A DNA stretch of 41,857 nucleotides from an uncultured Gammaproteobacteria bacterium (GTDB lineage: Bacteria > Patescibacteriota > Microgenomatia > UBA12405 > JAHJSD01): assembly GCA_964547295.1 (NCBI GenBank), contig CAZJMH010000001.1, forward strand, positions 1-41,857, written 5' to 3'. Shown here piece by piece: positions 6,670-15,700 of the stretch. Position numbers and translations under genes: made by a program. Under the pieces are notes generated by a model, which searched no databases, had not been told where the DNA came from, and saw nothing but the letters and a program-made list of their open reading frames with translations. Position 1 is the stretch's first letter, and every line of letters starts with the position of its first letter.

Positions 6670-8451
6670 ATGACCAGAGAAGAGTTGATTGACAAATTTA
6701 GAAAATTTTTTGAGGACAAAGGCCATGCTTGGATACCGTCAGCGCCGCTGATTCCCGAAGGCGATACTTCAACACTATTTATATCAGCCGGAATTCATCC
6801 CTTGGTGCCTTATTTTATTGGCCAAAAACATCCAATGGGTAACCGGTTGGCTAATGTTCAAGAATGTCTGCGGACAGGAGATATCGAAGAAGTAGGCGAT
6901 ACTTATCACCATACTTGGTTTGAAATGCTTGGCAATTGGTCTTTAGGTAGTTATTTTAAGGAGGAATCAATTAAATGGTCTTGGGAATTTTTAACCGAAG
7001 TTTTGGGAATTGACTCGGAACGTCTGGCAGTAACTATTTTTAAAGGCGATGAAAACGCACCTTTTGATGAACAATCAAAGCAGGCCTGGATAAGTGTTGG
7101 CTTAGATGAGGAGAAAATTTTTCCAATGGGTAAGGAAGATAATTGGTGGGAGGTCGGCGAGACAGGCCCAGGCGGCCCGGATACGGAAATATTTTATGAC
7201 ACCCAAAAAAAACCATGCAGTTCTGAATGTCAGCCGGGTTGTGACTGCGGCAAATGGATTGAAATTTGGAATAATGTTTTTCCCCAATATGACCGTCAAT
7301 CAGATGGGAGTTATAAAAAACTGGCCCATCCAAATGTTGATACAGGAATGGGATTAGCTCGGATGGTTGGTGTTTTGCAGGGTCATTTTGATGATTATCA
7401 GCTTCAGCCGTTGGCTAAAATAATTGAAAAAATTGAGGAGGTTAGTAATAAAAAATATGGAGAGGACAAAGAAAGAGATAAATTTATAAGAATAATCGCC
7501 GACCATTTGCGGGCGGCGGTTTTTGTTTTGGGAGAAGAGATTGTTCCAGCTAATAAAAAACAGGGCTATGTTTTGAGGCGGCTGATCCGCCGGTCAGTTC
7601 GTTTTGGTAAATTGGTTGGAATTGAAAGGCCTTTTTGCAAGCAGATTGCCGGTCAAGTTATTTCTGACTATAAAGATGATTACCAAAAACTGGCGGTTAA
7701 CCGTGAATTTATTATCGGAACTGTTGAGGATGAAGAAAGAAAATTTTTTAGAGTTTTAGACCGGGGATTAAAGCTATTAAAGGAGGAATTAGGTCGGGTG
7801 GATGACGGCGGGGAACTTGACGGCAAGACAGTATTTGACCTTTATCAAAGTTATGGTTTTCCTTTGGAGATAACAATTGAAGAGGCTGAAAGGCTGCGGC
7901 CGGAAGTTAAGGTTGATATTGATGGATTTTACCAAGCAATGAAAAATCATAAGCAGAAATCTAAAAAAGGAGCAAAAGGCATATTTTCTGGTGGATTAGC
8001 TGAAAAAAAAGAAGAAACAATAAGACTGCACACCGCTACTCATTTACTTCATCAAGCTCTTAAACAAGTGCTAGGTGACCATATTTATCAGGCCGGGTCA
8101 GCAATAACCACTGAAAAATTACGTTTTGATTTTCCTCACCCGAAAGCCCTTTCCGATGAAGAAATAAATCAAGTTGAGGGTATAATTAATCAGGTAATTG
8201 ATAAGGATTTACCGGTAAAAGTAAAAACAATGTCTTTAGAGGAAGCAAAAAAAAGCAGAGCAGGTTTTATCCCTGGCAAAAATTATCCAAACGAAGTTAA
8301 AGTTTATGAAATTGGTGGTTTTTCAAGGGAGATTTGCGGCGGGCCGCATGTTGAGTCAACTGGGGAATTAGGTAAATTTGAGATTATTAAAGAAGAATCC
8401 TCTGGGGCAGGCAAAAGACGTATTTATGCCAGGCTAACAGCTAACAGCTAA
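6670..8451 (+). CDS. alaS: Alanine--tRNA ligase, minimal 593-aa form lacking the C-Ala domain
   Basis: The class II AlaRS core is present (FFEDKGHAWIPSAPLIP, LFISAGIHP, HHTWFEMLGNWSLGSYFK, GPGGPDTEIFYD, IEIWNNVF). The editing motifs are HTATH (8029-8043) and CGGPH (8335-8349). The protein ends 33 aa after CGGPH. Confidence 0.92.
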   Translation: MTREELIDKFRKFFEDKGHAWIPSAPLIPEGDTSTLFISAGIHPLVPYFIGQKHPMGNRLANVQECLRTGDIEEVGDTYHHTWFEMLGNWSLGSYFKEESIKWSWEFLTEVLGIDSERLAVTIFKGDENAPFDEQSKQAWISVGLDEEKIFPMGKEDNWWEVGETGPGGPDTEIFYDTQKKPCSSECQPGCDCGKWIEIWNNVFPQYDRQSDGSYKKLAHPNVDTGMGLARMVGVLQGHFDDYQLQPLAKIIEKIEEVSNKKYGEDKERDKFIRIIADHLRAAVFVLGEEIVPANKKQGYVLRRLIRRSVRFGKLVGIERPFCKQIAGQVISDYKDDYQKLAVNREFIIGTVEDEERKFFRVLDRGLKLLKEELGRVDDGGELDGKTVFDLYQSYGFPLEITIEEAERLRPEVKVDIDGFYQAMKNHKQKSKKGAKGIFSGGLAEKKEETIRLHTATHLLHQALKQVLGDHIYQAGSAITTEKLRFDFPHPKALSDEEINQVEGIINQVIDKDLPVKVKTMSLEEAKKSRAGFIPGKNYPNEVKVYEIGGFSREICGGPHVESTGELGKFEIIKEESSGAGKRRIYARLTANS

Positions 8452-8509
8452 CAGCTAAAAGCTAATAGTCACCATTTACTGATTACCGTTTACTGTTTAC
8501 TAGTTACTA
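8433..8509. repeat. Two adjacent degenerate tandem heptamer arrays: GCTAACA x5 (8433-8467, spanning the alaS stop codon) and TTTACTG-like x5 (8475-8509)
   Basis: Read directly, the first array is GCTAACA GCTAACA GCTAACA GCTAAAA GCTAATA. The second is TTTACTG ATTACCG TTTACTG TTTACTA GTTACTA. Confidence 0.8.
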
Positions 8510-8524
8510 TGCTACTATTTATGT

Positions 8525-10630
8525 ATGACTGCTGAAGAAGGGACAAAATGGATAATTTTAATTGAAGAAAAAGAGGCTGTAGTTAGTTTGTTGACTGAGG
8601 CTGGTAACCTTTTAGTCAGTGACCAAAAGGGCTGGGATGGTGAGGACCCAAAAAGTTTAATTGCCAGTTTAGATGCAGGTATTGGCGGTTGTTTAGCCAA
8701 GGAAGAGGGCATTGGACGGCCCCAAAAAACAATTTTTCTTCTGCCTCCTTTTTGGGTCAGTCCTAAAGGTGAAGTTCTTCCCAGCCATAAAGAAAATTTA
8801 AAAATTGTTTGTCAGCAGTTGGATTTAATTCCCGAAGGCTTTTTGGTTGGTGAAGAAGTCTTAGCGAATTTTTATGACGACTTTGTCAGTATTTATTTTG
8901 GTAAAGAATATTTGCGTTTTTCGGTTATTAAAGACAAAAGTGTTCAGGTTCAGGAAGAATTAGAAAATGGGGAAGATATCGATCCCGAAGATGTGAGTGT
9001 TTTTTTAAGACAATTAAACGGCAAGGCAATGCTGCCCAAGAAAATGATTTTTTGGGGACGAATAAAAGAGGGCAATAAAGACCGACTGCTTTCTTACCCT
9101 TGGCAGGAAGAAAAAGTTTTTACTTCTGCTCCGCAATTAAAGATTTTTCTTTGGCCAGAATTTTTTCAGATGGTAGCCAAAGTTATTCAAGGTGAAATTA
9201 AGTTAGAAGTTGTTCAAACCCCGATTAAAAGTGAACAGCCGATTGCGGCAAGTGAAAGTATAGACATGAAAAGTCCAGTTGAAAAAGATGATGAATTTGG
9301 ATTTAGTTCTGATGATGTTGCTGAAACTAGGGGTTGGCAGGATAAAACTCAACCGCAAGTGGAAGAAAAAACAGAAATAACTGCTGAGCCGGAATTGGAC
9401 ACAGGGCCGGAACCAAAACCGAAACCGAAACCGAAACTGAAACTAGGTCTAGAAGTTAAAAAAAGGTTAACTAAAATTAATTTTCTTAACCGTAAAAAGA
9501 CGCTCATTTTGACGGCTTTTCCATTGCTTATTTTAGCCGGCTTTTTTTTAAGTTGGCGGTTTTCAAAAGCAACGATTGAAATTTATGTCACCGGTGAAGA
9601 TTTAAGTGAAGAATTAGAAGTTCAATTAGATCCTCAAGCAGAAGGACTAGATTTAGATAATGGCCTTGTTCCTGTAGAAGAAGTTTCAATTGAAAAGTCA
9701 GCCTCTAAAAGTAACCCTACTAGCGGGGAAAAATTAGTTGGTGAAAAAGCAGTTGGAGAAGTAAAGGTATTTAATCGAACAGCCGAGAAAGCTGTTTTTC
9801 CATCTGGAACTAGACTAGTTGGGCCAGGAGGGTTAGAGTTTGTTTTTGACGATGAGGTTTCAGTTGCTTCTAAAACAGCTGATTTGTCAACTGGTGTTGA
9901 CCGTTGGGGTGAAGCAACGGCGTCAATCACGGCTGCTGATATTGGTCCAGAATATAATTTGGCAGCCGACAGTTTATTTACTATTGAAAATAACCCAGAA
10001 GATGATTATTTAGCTAGAAATAGTCAGGCTTTAACAGGGGGAACCAGCCGCCAAATTAGAGCAGTTTCAGAAGATGATCAGGTTAGTTTAAGAAATGATT
10101 TGTCAGAAGAATTAATTTTTCAAGCTGAAGAAGAATTAAAATCAAAGCTGTCTGATAGTCAAATTGTTAAAGGTAGTTTTTCAACACAAGTAATAGAAGA
10201 GTCTTTTTCAGCAGAGGTGGGTGACGAAGTTGAAAGTATAAGTTTAGAATTAACTGCTAAAGTAACTGCTTTAAGAATAAGCCAAGAGCAGCTAATTGCC
10301 ATAGCTGAACAGGTTTTAGGCAAAACTGTCGATTCTAATTTGGAAATTAAAGACGGTAGTTTAAGGGCAAAACTTGATGTTAATGAGGAGAGCGAAGAAA
10401 ATCTTATTTCAGGAAAATTAACCTTGCTAGGAAAAGCTTATCCAAGGATTGATGAGCAAGATTTAAGTCGTCAATTAGCAGCAAAAAGAGAAAAACAAGC
10501 TAAGCAATTAATTCGCAGTCAATATCCTAGAATTTACCGCTATGAAATATCTTATCAGCTTCCAACTTTGAAAATTTTATCTTACTTGCCAAGTCAGCCG
10601 GAAAACATTATTATTGAAATAAAGGAATAA
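8525..10630 (+). CDS. Large bitopic envelope protein (701 aa): N-terminal cytoplasmic domain, acidic and (KP)n linker, one TM, C-terminal extracytoplasmic domain (possibly baseplate-J-like)
   Basis: The single hydrophobic segment is LILTAFPLLILAGFFLSW (about aa 327-345). A PEPKPKPKPKLKL linker is encoded by AAACCG hexamers at 9416-9445. The C-terminal half (KATIEIYVTGEDL...GEKAVGEVKVFNRTAEKAVFPSGTRLVGPGGLEFVFDDEV) resembles proteins annotated as baseplate J family in CPR genomes; this is from memory and unverified. The sortase gene starts 3 nt after its stop. Confidence 0.6.
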   Translation: MTAEEGTKWIILIEEKEAVVSLLTEAGNLLVSDQKGWDGEDPKSLIASLDAGIGGCLAKEEGIGRPQKTIFLLPPFWVSPKGEVLPSHKENLKIVCQQLDLIPEGFLVGEEVLANFYDDFVSIYFGKEYLRFSVIKDKSVQVQEELENGEDIDPEDVSVFLRQLNGKAMLPKKMIFWGRIKEGNKDRLLSYPWQEEKVFTSAPQLKIFLWPEFFQMVAKVIQGEIKLEVVQTPIKSEQPIAASESIDMKSPVEKDDEFGFSSDDVAETRGWQDKTQPQVEEKTEITAEPELDTGPEPKPKPKPKLKLGLEVKKRLTKINFLNRKKTLILTAFPLLILAGFFLSWRFSKATIEIYVTGEDLSEELEVQLDPQAEGLDLDNGLVPVEEVSIEKSASKSNPTSGEKLVGEKAVGEVKVFNRTAEKAVFPSGTRLVGPGGLEFVFDDEVSVASKTADLSTGVDRWGEATASITAADIGPEYNLAADSLFTIENNPEDDYLARNSQALTGGTSRQIRAVSEDDQVSLRNDLSEELIFQAEEELKSKLSDSQIVKGSFSTQVIEESFSAEVGDEVESISLELTAKVTALRISQEQLIAIAEQVLGKTVDSNLEIKDGSLRAKLDVNEESEENLISGKLTLLGKAYPRIDEQDLSRQLAAKREKQAKQLIRSQYPRIYRYEISYQLPTLKILSYLPSQPENIIIEIKE

Positions 10631-10632
10631 AA

Positions 10633-11367
10633 ATGTCTCTTTATGGATACTATAAATCACCAATTAAATATAGTTTTAAAGAAAGTAAGGATAAGACCAG
10701 CCGGCGAAAGGCTCTATCATTAATATTTTCTATTTTGGGGATGGTTTTGGTCGGCAACGCGGTTATTCCCTTAATTAATTTTCAGCTTCAATATTCTAAC
10801 CGATTTAGCGGAAAAATGTTATCTCCTATTTCTAATCATCGAACACAAACACTGGGAGCAATAAGTGCTTCTGCTCAGGAAGAAGATAAAGATTATACTT
10901 TGATTTCGTCTTGGTTTGAAGAACCAGTGAATTTAGCCGCTGATAATAATCCAAATATTACTGATTATCGAATTTCAATTCCTGCTTTAGGGCTTGAAAA
11001 CGCTTGGGTGCAAATTGGCGGCGAGGATTTGAAAAAAAAGCTTATCCATTATCCGGATACTGCCCTGCCGGGCCAATTGGGAAATGCAGTTATTTTTGGC
11101 CATTCGGTTTTGCCCCAATTTTATAATCCGAAAAACTACTTGACTATTTTTTCTACTCTTTATACATTGGAACAGGGTAGCAAAATTAAAATTAATTATG
11201 ATGGAATAATTTATGAGTATTTGGTTGAAAAAATGTTTGAAGTTTCACCAAGCGATGTTTCTGTTCTTGAACAACGTTATGACGGTCGTTACTTGACTTT
11301 AATAACTTGTTCACCTCCTGGAACTTATATAAAAAGATTAATAGTTCGAGCTCGTTTAGTTTATTAG
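10633..11367 (+). CDS. Sortase family transpeptidase (244 aa)
   Basis: An N-terminal TM anchor (LSLIFSILGMVLVGNAVIPLI) is present. The catalytic His context is GNAVIFGHS, the catalytic Cys motif is YLTLITCSPPG (TLxTC), and a conserved Arg occurs late (LIVRARL). Confidence 0.85.
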   Translation: MSLYGYYKSPIKYSFKESKDKTSRRKALSLIFSILGMVLVGNAVIPLINFQLQYSNRFSGKMLSPISNHRTQTLGAISASAQEEDKDYTLISSWFEEPVNLAADNNPNITDYRISIPALGLENAWVQIGGEDLKKKLIHYPDTALPGQLGNAVIFGHSVLPQFYNPKNYLTIFSTLYTLEQGSKIKINYDGIIYEYLVEKMFEVSPSDVSVLEQRYDGRYLTLITCSPPGTYIKRLIVRARLVY

Positions 11368-11387
11368 TTGTAGATAATTTTATTTAG

Positions 11388-11396
11388 TGGTAGAAT
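11388..11396 (+). promoter_or_regulatory. Extended -10 element TGGTAGAAT upstream of the zinc-ribbon ORF
   Basis: The sequence matches TGnTAGAAT. The downstream gene has a strong SD (AAGGAGGTG) before its ATG at 11452. Confidence 0.4.
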
Positions 11397-11451
11397 CCAA
11401 CACCATTAAAGTTAAAATTTAATTATAAATTTATCTTAATTAAGGAGGTGG

Positions 11452-11655
11452 ATGATGTTTAAAAATATAATTGCTCCAATTCAAGCTTGGTTATTATCCC
11501 AAGGCAGGTGTGTTGGCTGTGGAAACCCTCTTGATAAGGGGAAAATAGAAGAAAGAGAAGATGGAACAAAAAAAGTTACTTGTAAGTGCGGCCGAATATT
11601 TATATACGATCCCAAAAAGGATAGTTATCGTCGAGCTCTATTTGAAGAAGTATAA
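11452..11655 (+). CDS. Small zinc-ribbon protein (67 aa)
   Basis: The gene has a strong SD. The Cys arrangement is CVGC...(20 aa)...CKC. Confidence 0.55.
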   Translation: MMFKNIIAPIQAWLLSQGRCVGCGNPLDKGKIEEREDGTKKVTCKCGRIFIYDPKKDSYRRALFEEV

Positions 11656-11684
11656 ATATAGGGAATAGTGATTAGGGGTTAGTT

Positions 11685-12629
11685 GTGATGAAGAAACTTA
11701 TTCTACTTTTTTTCCCCCTACTGGTTTTATCGCTTGTTGGCGGCTTTTTTTATTATCAAATAAATTTGCAGCCAGCTGGAGGAGAGGAGGAAGTCGTTTT
11801 TGTTATTAACCGCGGCGATTCTTCAAGGTCAATTGCACAACGGTTAAAAAAACAGGGATTAATTAAAAATGAATATGTTTTTTTAATTTATCTTCAACTA
11901 ACTAATCAGGCTAAGAAGCTTCAAGCAGGAAGTTTTCGGTTATCAGTTAATGATTCTGTTCCTGAAATTGTCAATCAGCTTCAGTATGGCAGAATTGATG
12001 TTTGGGTAACCTTTATTGAAGGATATCGGCGTGAACAGTATGCCGAGTTATTAAATGAAAAAATGGGTTTATCAATTGAAGAATTTTTAAGTTTAACTGA
12101 AGGCAAAGAAGGACGATTATTTCCTGACTCTTATTTACTGCCTAACGATATTCTAGTTCCTCAGGTAATTAAGAAATTAACAGATAATTTCCAGGAGAAA
12201 TGGTCAGAATTAGATAATCAAACCGGCTTTAGTCAAAATGAGGTTTTAATTTTAGCTTCTTTAGTGGAAAGAGAAGTTAAATTGGACAAAGATCGAAAAA
12301 TTGTTAGTGGAATATTAATTAAACGATTAGAAGATGACTGGCCGCTTCAAGTTGATGCTAGTGTTCAATATGTTAAGGGCGATGCTGACAATTGGTGGCC
12401 CAAAATTAGTGGCAGCGATTTGAGGGACATTGACTCTCCTTACAATACATATTTATATAAAGGTATTCCACCAGCACCAATTTGTAATCCCTCTTTGAGT
12501 TCAATCAAAGCTGTTATAAATTTTCAACCAACTGATTATTGGTATTATCTGTCTGACCAGCAAGGAAATATTCATTACGCTCGAAGTTTGGAAGACCATA
12601 ATGCAAATATTAAAAACTATCTTGAATAA
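11685..12629 (+). CDS. mltG: Endolytic murein transglycosylase MltG (YceG-like), 314 aa
   Basis: An N-terminal TM is followed by YceG motifs EGRLFPDSYLLP, LILASLVEREV, LQVDASVQY and SPYNTYLYKGIPPAPICNPS. The start is GTG at 11685 or ATG at 11688. Confidence 0.85.
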   Translation: MMKKLILLFFPLLVLSLVGGFFYYQINLQPAGGEEEVVFVINRGDSSRSIAQRLKKQGLIKNEYVFLIYLQLTNQAKKLQAGSFRLSVNDSVPEIVNQLQYGRIDVWVTFIEGYRREQYAELLNEKMGLSIEEFLSLTEGKEGRLFPDSYLLPNDILVPQVIKKLTDNFQEKWSELDNQTGFSQNEVLILASLVEREVKLDKDRKIVSGILIKRLEDDWPLQVDASVQYVKGDADNWWPKISGSDLRDIDSPYNTYLYKGIPPAPICNPSLSSIKAVINFQPTDYWYYLSDQQGNIHYARSLEDHNANIKNYLE

Positions 12630-12640
12630 TAAGTTTATTG

Positions 12641-12649
12641 TGTTATAAT
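12641..12649 (+). promoter_or_regulatory. Extended -10 element TGTTATAAT between mltG and rpoB
   Basis: The sequence is a perfect TGnTATAAT, located 64 nt upstream of the rpoB ATG and upstream of the hairpin at 12668. Confidence 0.4.
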
Positions 12650-12667
12650 AGTTACACTCTAAAGGAG

Positions 12668-12693
12668 ACGGACCTAGGTCCGTGTCTTTTTTT
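12668..12693 (+). terminator. Intrinsic terminator-like hairpin: ACGGAC-CTAG-GTCCGT followed by GTC and T7
   Basis: A perfect 6-bp GC-rich stem (part of the 12-bp palindrome GGACCTAGGTCC) is followed by TTTTTTT at 12687-12693. It could be the mltG terminator or an rpoB leader attenuator. Confidence 0.6.
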
Positions 12694-12712
12694 GGTCTAG
12701 GCAAAAATTTTT

Positions 12713-15700
12713 ATGGCAAAGAAAAGAACTTATCTGGGCAAGAAACCATTTACCCCTCAACCGATTGACTTAACTCAGGTTCAGAAAAAGTCTTGGCAGA
12801 GGTTTATTGATTATCAACTGAATGAAATAATTCAGTCTACTGTTCCAATAGAGGATTATACCGGCAAGAATTGGCGGCTAGAGTTTGGAAAACTAAAATT
12901 AGGTAAACCTTCGGTTACTGCGGAAGAAGCTTTTCGAAAGGACCTTTCTTATTCTGCTCCAGTAGAAATTGAAGCTAAATTAACAAACAAGCGGAAAAAC
13001 AAAACACAAAAGGAAGATGTTTTTTTGCTTAATTTGCCTTTAATGACAGACCGGGGGACATTTATTATCAGCGGAATTGAACGGTGTGTTCTTAATCAGC
13101 TGGTTCGATCGCCGGGTGTTTACTTTATAAGTGAGGAAGATGAACGAACCGGCAAAATACTTTATGAGGCTGAAATTAGGCCTTTACGTGGTTCTTGGCT
13201 TGAGTTTTTAATCAGTCGTCGGGGGATTATTTATGCCCGAATTGACCGGAGAAGAAAGTTTCCAGCGACAGTTATTTTTAGGTCCTTGGGAATAGAAACA
13301 AACCGTGATTTAATTGATACTTTTGGTAAATTTATTCAACCGACAATTGAACAAGACCCAACTGAAAATCAAGATCAAGCTTTGCTTGAGTTTTATCAAA
13401 AAATTAGGCCGGGAGAACCAGCAGTTTTAGAAACTGCCCGTAATAATTTCCGTCAGCGCTTTTTTGAGCTTCGAACCTATGAATTAGGCCAGGTCGGCAG
13501 GTATAAAATTAATAAGCGCTTAGGTTTATCTTTTGATGATGAGAAAAAAGAAAACTGGGTTTTAAAAAAAGAAGATCTAGTATCGACAGTGAAATATTTA
13601 ATTTCTCTTCAAAAAGGAAAAGCAGAAAAGGTTGATGATATTGACCATTTGGCTAACCGAAGAATTCGTCAAGTTGGCGAAATTGTTACCCAAGTGGCTT
13701 TGCGGTCAGCGACAATGAGATTTGAACGAATGGTCAAAGAAAGAATGAGCATGGCCAGTCCAAACAAAGAAGGAACAACTCCAACACGGTTAGTTTCTTC
13801 ACAAGTTTTTACTAATGCCATAAATTCATTTTTTAGAACCAGCCAGTTATCTTCAATTTTAGAACAAACTAACCCCTTATCAGAATTAGATTTGCTGAGA
13901 AGGGTAACTGTTCTTGGCCCTGGTGGTTTAAGCAGGGAACGGGCTTCATTTTCAATTCGAGATATTCATGATTCCCAATACGGCCGCATTTGTCCAATTC
14001 GGTCTCCTGAAGGAATGAACATTGGTTTGGTTACTTATTTGGCTTTATTTGCCCAAGTCAATAAATACGGTTTTTTAGAGGCGCCTTATCGTAAAGTTAA
14101 AAAGATAAAGTCTGGCGGAAAAACCAAAATGAAAGTAACTGACGAAGTAGTTTATTTGCCGGCTGATGATGAAGAAAATTATTATATTACTAACGAGGGA
14201 GTTGAAATTAATGGTGACGGTTTTATTACTCAAGACTGGGTTCCGGTTAGGCATCAAGGAGAGTTTTTTGAATCTCAGGTGGAAAACGTCCAATTAATTG
14301 ATTATGTTTCTCAACAAGTCTTGGGTATTGCCGCTGCTTTAATTCCTTTTGTTTCTCATGATGAGCCTCAGCGGGCTTTAATGGGAGCTCACATGTTGTG
14401 TCAGGGGACACCTTTGGTTAAAACAGATTCACCGGTGATTGGGACTGGATTAGAACCTATTGTTGCTCGGGCAATGGGATGGGTTAAAGAGGCCGAAGAA
14501 TCGGGAACAGTTGAACAGGTAGATGGAGATAAAGTAGTTGTTAAACCAAAAGGTAAAAAAAGTTCGAAAACTTATCCAGTAACCAAGTTTAAACGGACAA
14601 GCCCCTATGGAACTTGTTTCAGTCAACGGCCAGTAGTTGAACCGGGCGATAAAATTAAAAAGGGACAATTAATAATTGATGGGCCTGGGTGTCATCAAGG
14701 CGAGTTTGCTCCGGGCAAGAACTTACTTATTGCCTATGCTCCTTTTGAAGGTTTGGTTTATGAAGATGCGATTGCAATTTCTGACCGTTTGCTTGAAGAT
14801 GACACTTTTACTTCGATTCAGATTGAGGAATATGAAGCTGAAGTTGTTGATACCAAACTTGGTCCGGAAGAGGTTACCCGGGATATTCCCAACGTGGCTG
14901 AATCTGATCTAGCTAATTTAACAGAAGATGGAATTGTTGTTGTTGGTGCAAATGTTAAATCTCATGATATTTTAGTTGGTAAAGTTGAGCCAAAGGGTGA
15001 AAAAGAATTAAGTGCAGAAGAACGGTTATTAAGAGCAATTTTTGGGGAAAAAGCAAAAGATGTTAAAGATACCAGTTTGCGTGTTCCTCATGGAGAAAGT
15101 GGAACGGTTATTGATGTTAATATTTTAGATAGAGACGAGGGCGATGAGTTAAATCCGGGAATAAACAAAATTGTAAAGGTTTCTGTTGCTCAACAGCGAA
15201 AAATAAAAGTAGGCGACAAATTAGCTGGACGTCATGGAAATAAAGGCGTGATTTCCAAAATAGTTCCGCGACAGGACATGCCTTATTTAGAAGATGGGAC
15301 GCCAGTAGATATTATTATTTCACCTTTGTCAGTTATTTCCCGAATGAATCTTGGTCAAATAATGGAAACTCACTTGGGTTGGGCAGCGAAAAAATTAGAT
15401 AAAAAATTGGCTTTGCCTGTTTTTGGCAATTTGTCTGAAAAAGAAATGATCGAAATGTTGAAAAAAGCTGATTTGCCGATTTCGGGCAAGGCCCGTTTAT
15501 TTAACGGGAAAACCGGCCAACCTTATGACCAAAAAGCAGTCGTTGGAGTTGCTTATATTATGAAGTTGATTCATATGGTTCAAGACAAGGTTCATGCCCG
15601 ATCTACCGGTCCTTACTCTTTAGTCACCCAGCAACCGCTTGGAGGTAAGGCGAGGATGGGCGGTCAGCGTTTAGGTGAAATGGAAGTTTGGGCCCTGGAA

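Noticed and set aside
8433-8509. The short tandem repeats could be a CRISPR array or a mobile-element end.
   Set aside because: The units are 7 nt and directly abutting with no spacers. There is no repeat of 24-40 nt, no cas genes and no flanking inverted repeats or target duplications.
9416-9445. An AAACCG hexamer repeat might be a non-coding repeat element.
   Set aside because: It is in frame inside the 701-aa ORF and encodes a (KP)n/(KL) linker. It is a low-complexity coding repeat, possibly length-variable, and nothing more.
10540-10630. LPTLK near the C-terminus of the 701-aa protein could be a sortase sorting signal.
   Set aside because: It is not followed by a hydrophobic segment and positively charged tail; the protein ends ...SQPENIIIEIKE. 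It is therefore not a canonical cell-wall sorting signal.
12501-12704. Minus-strand ORF 12501-12704 spans the mltG 3' end and the rpoB leader.
   Set aside because: It overlaps mltG coding sequence and the terminator hairpin, and its composition is implausible.
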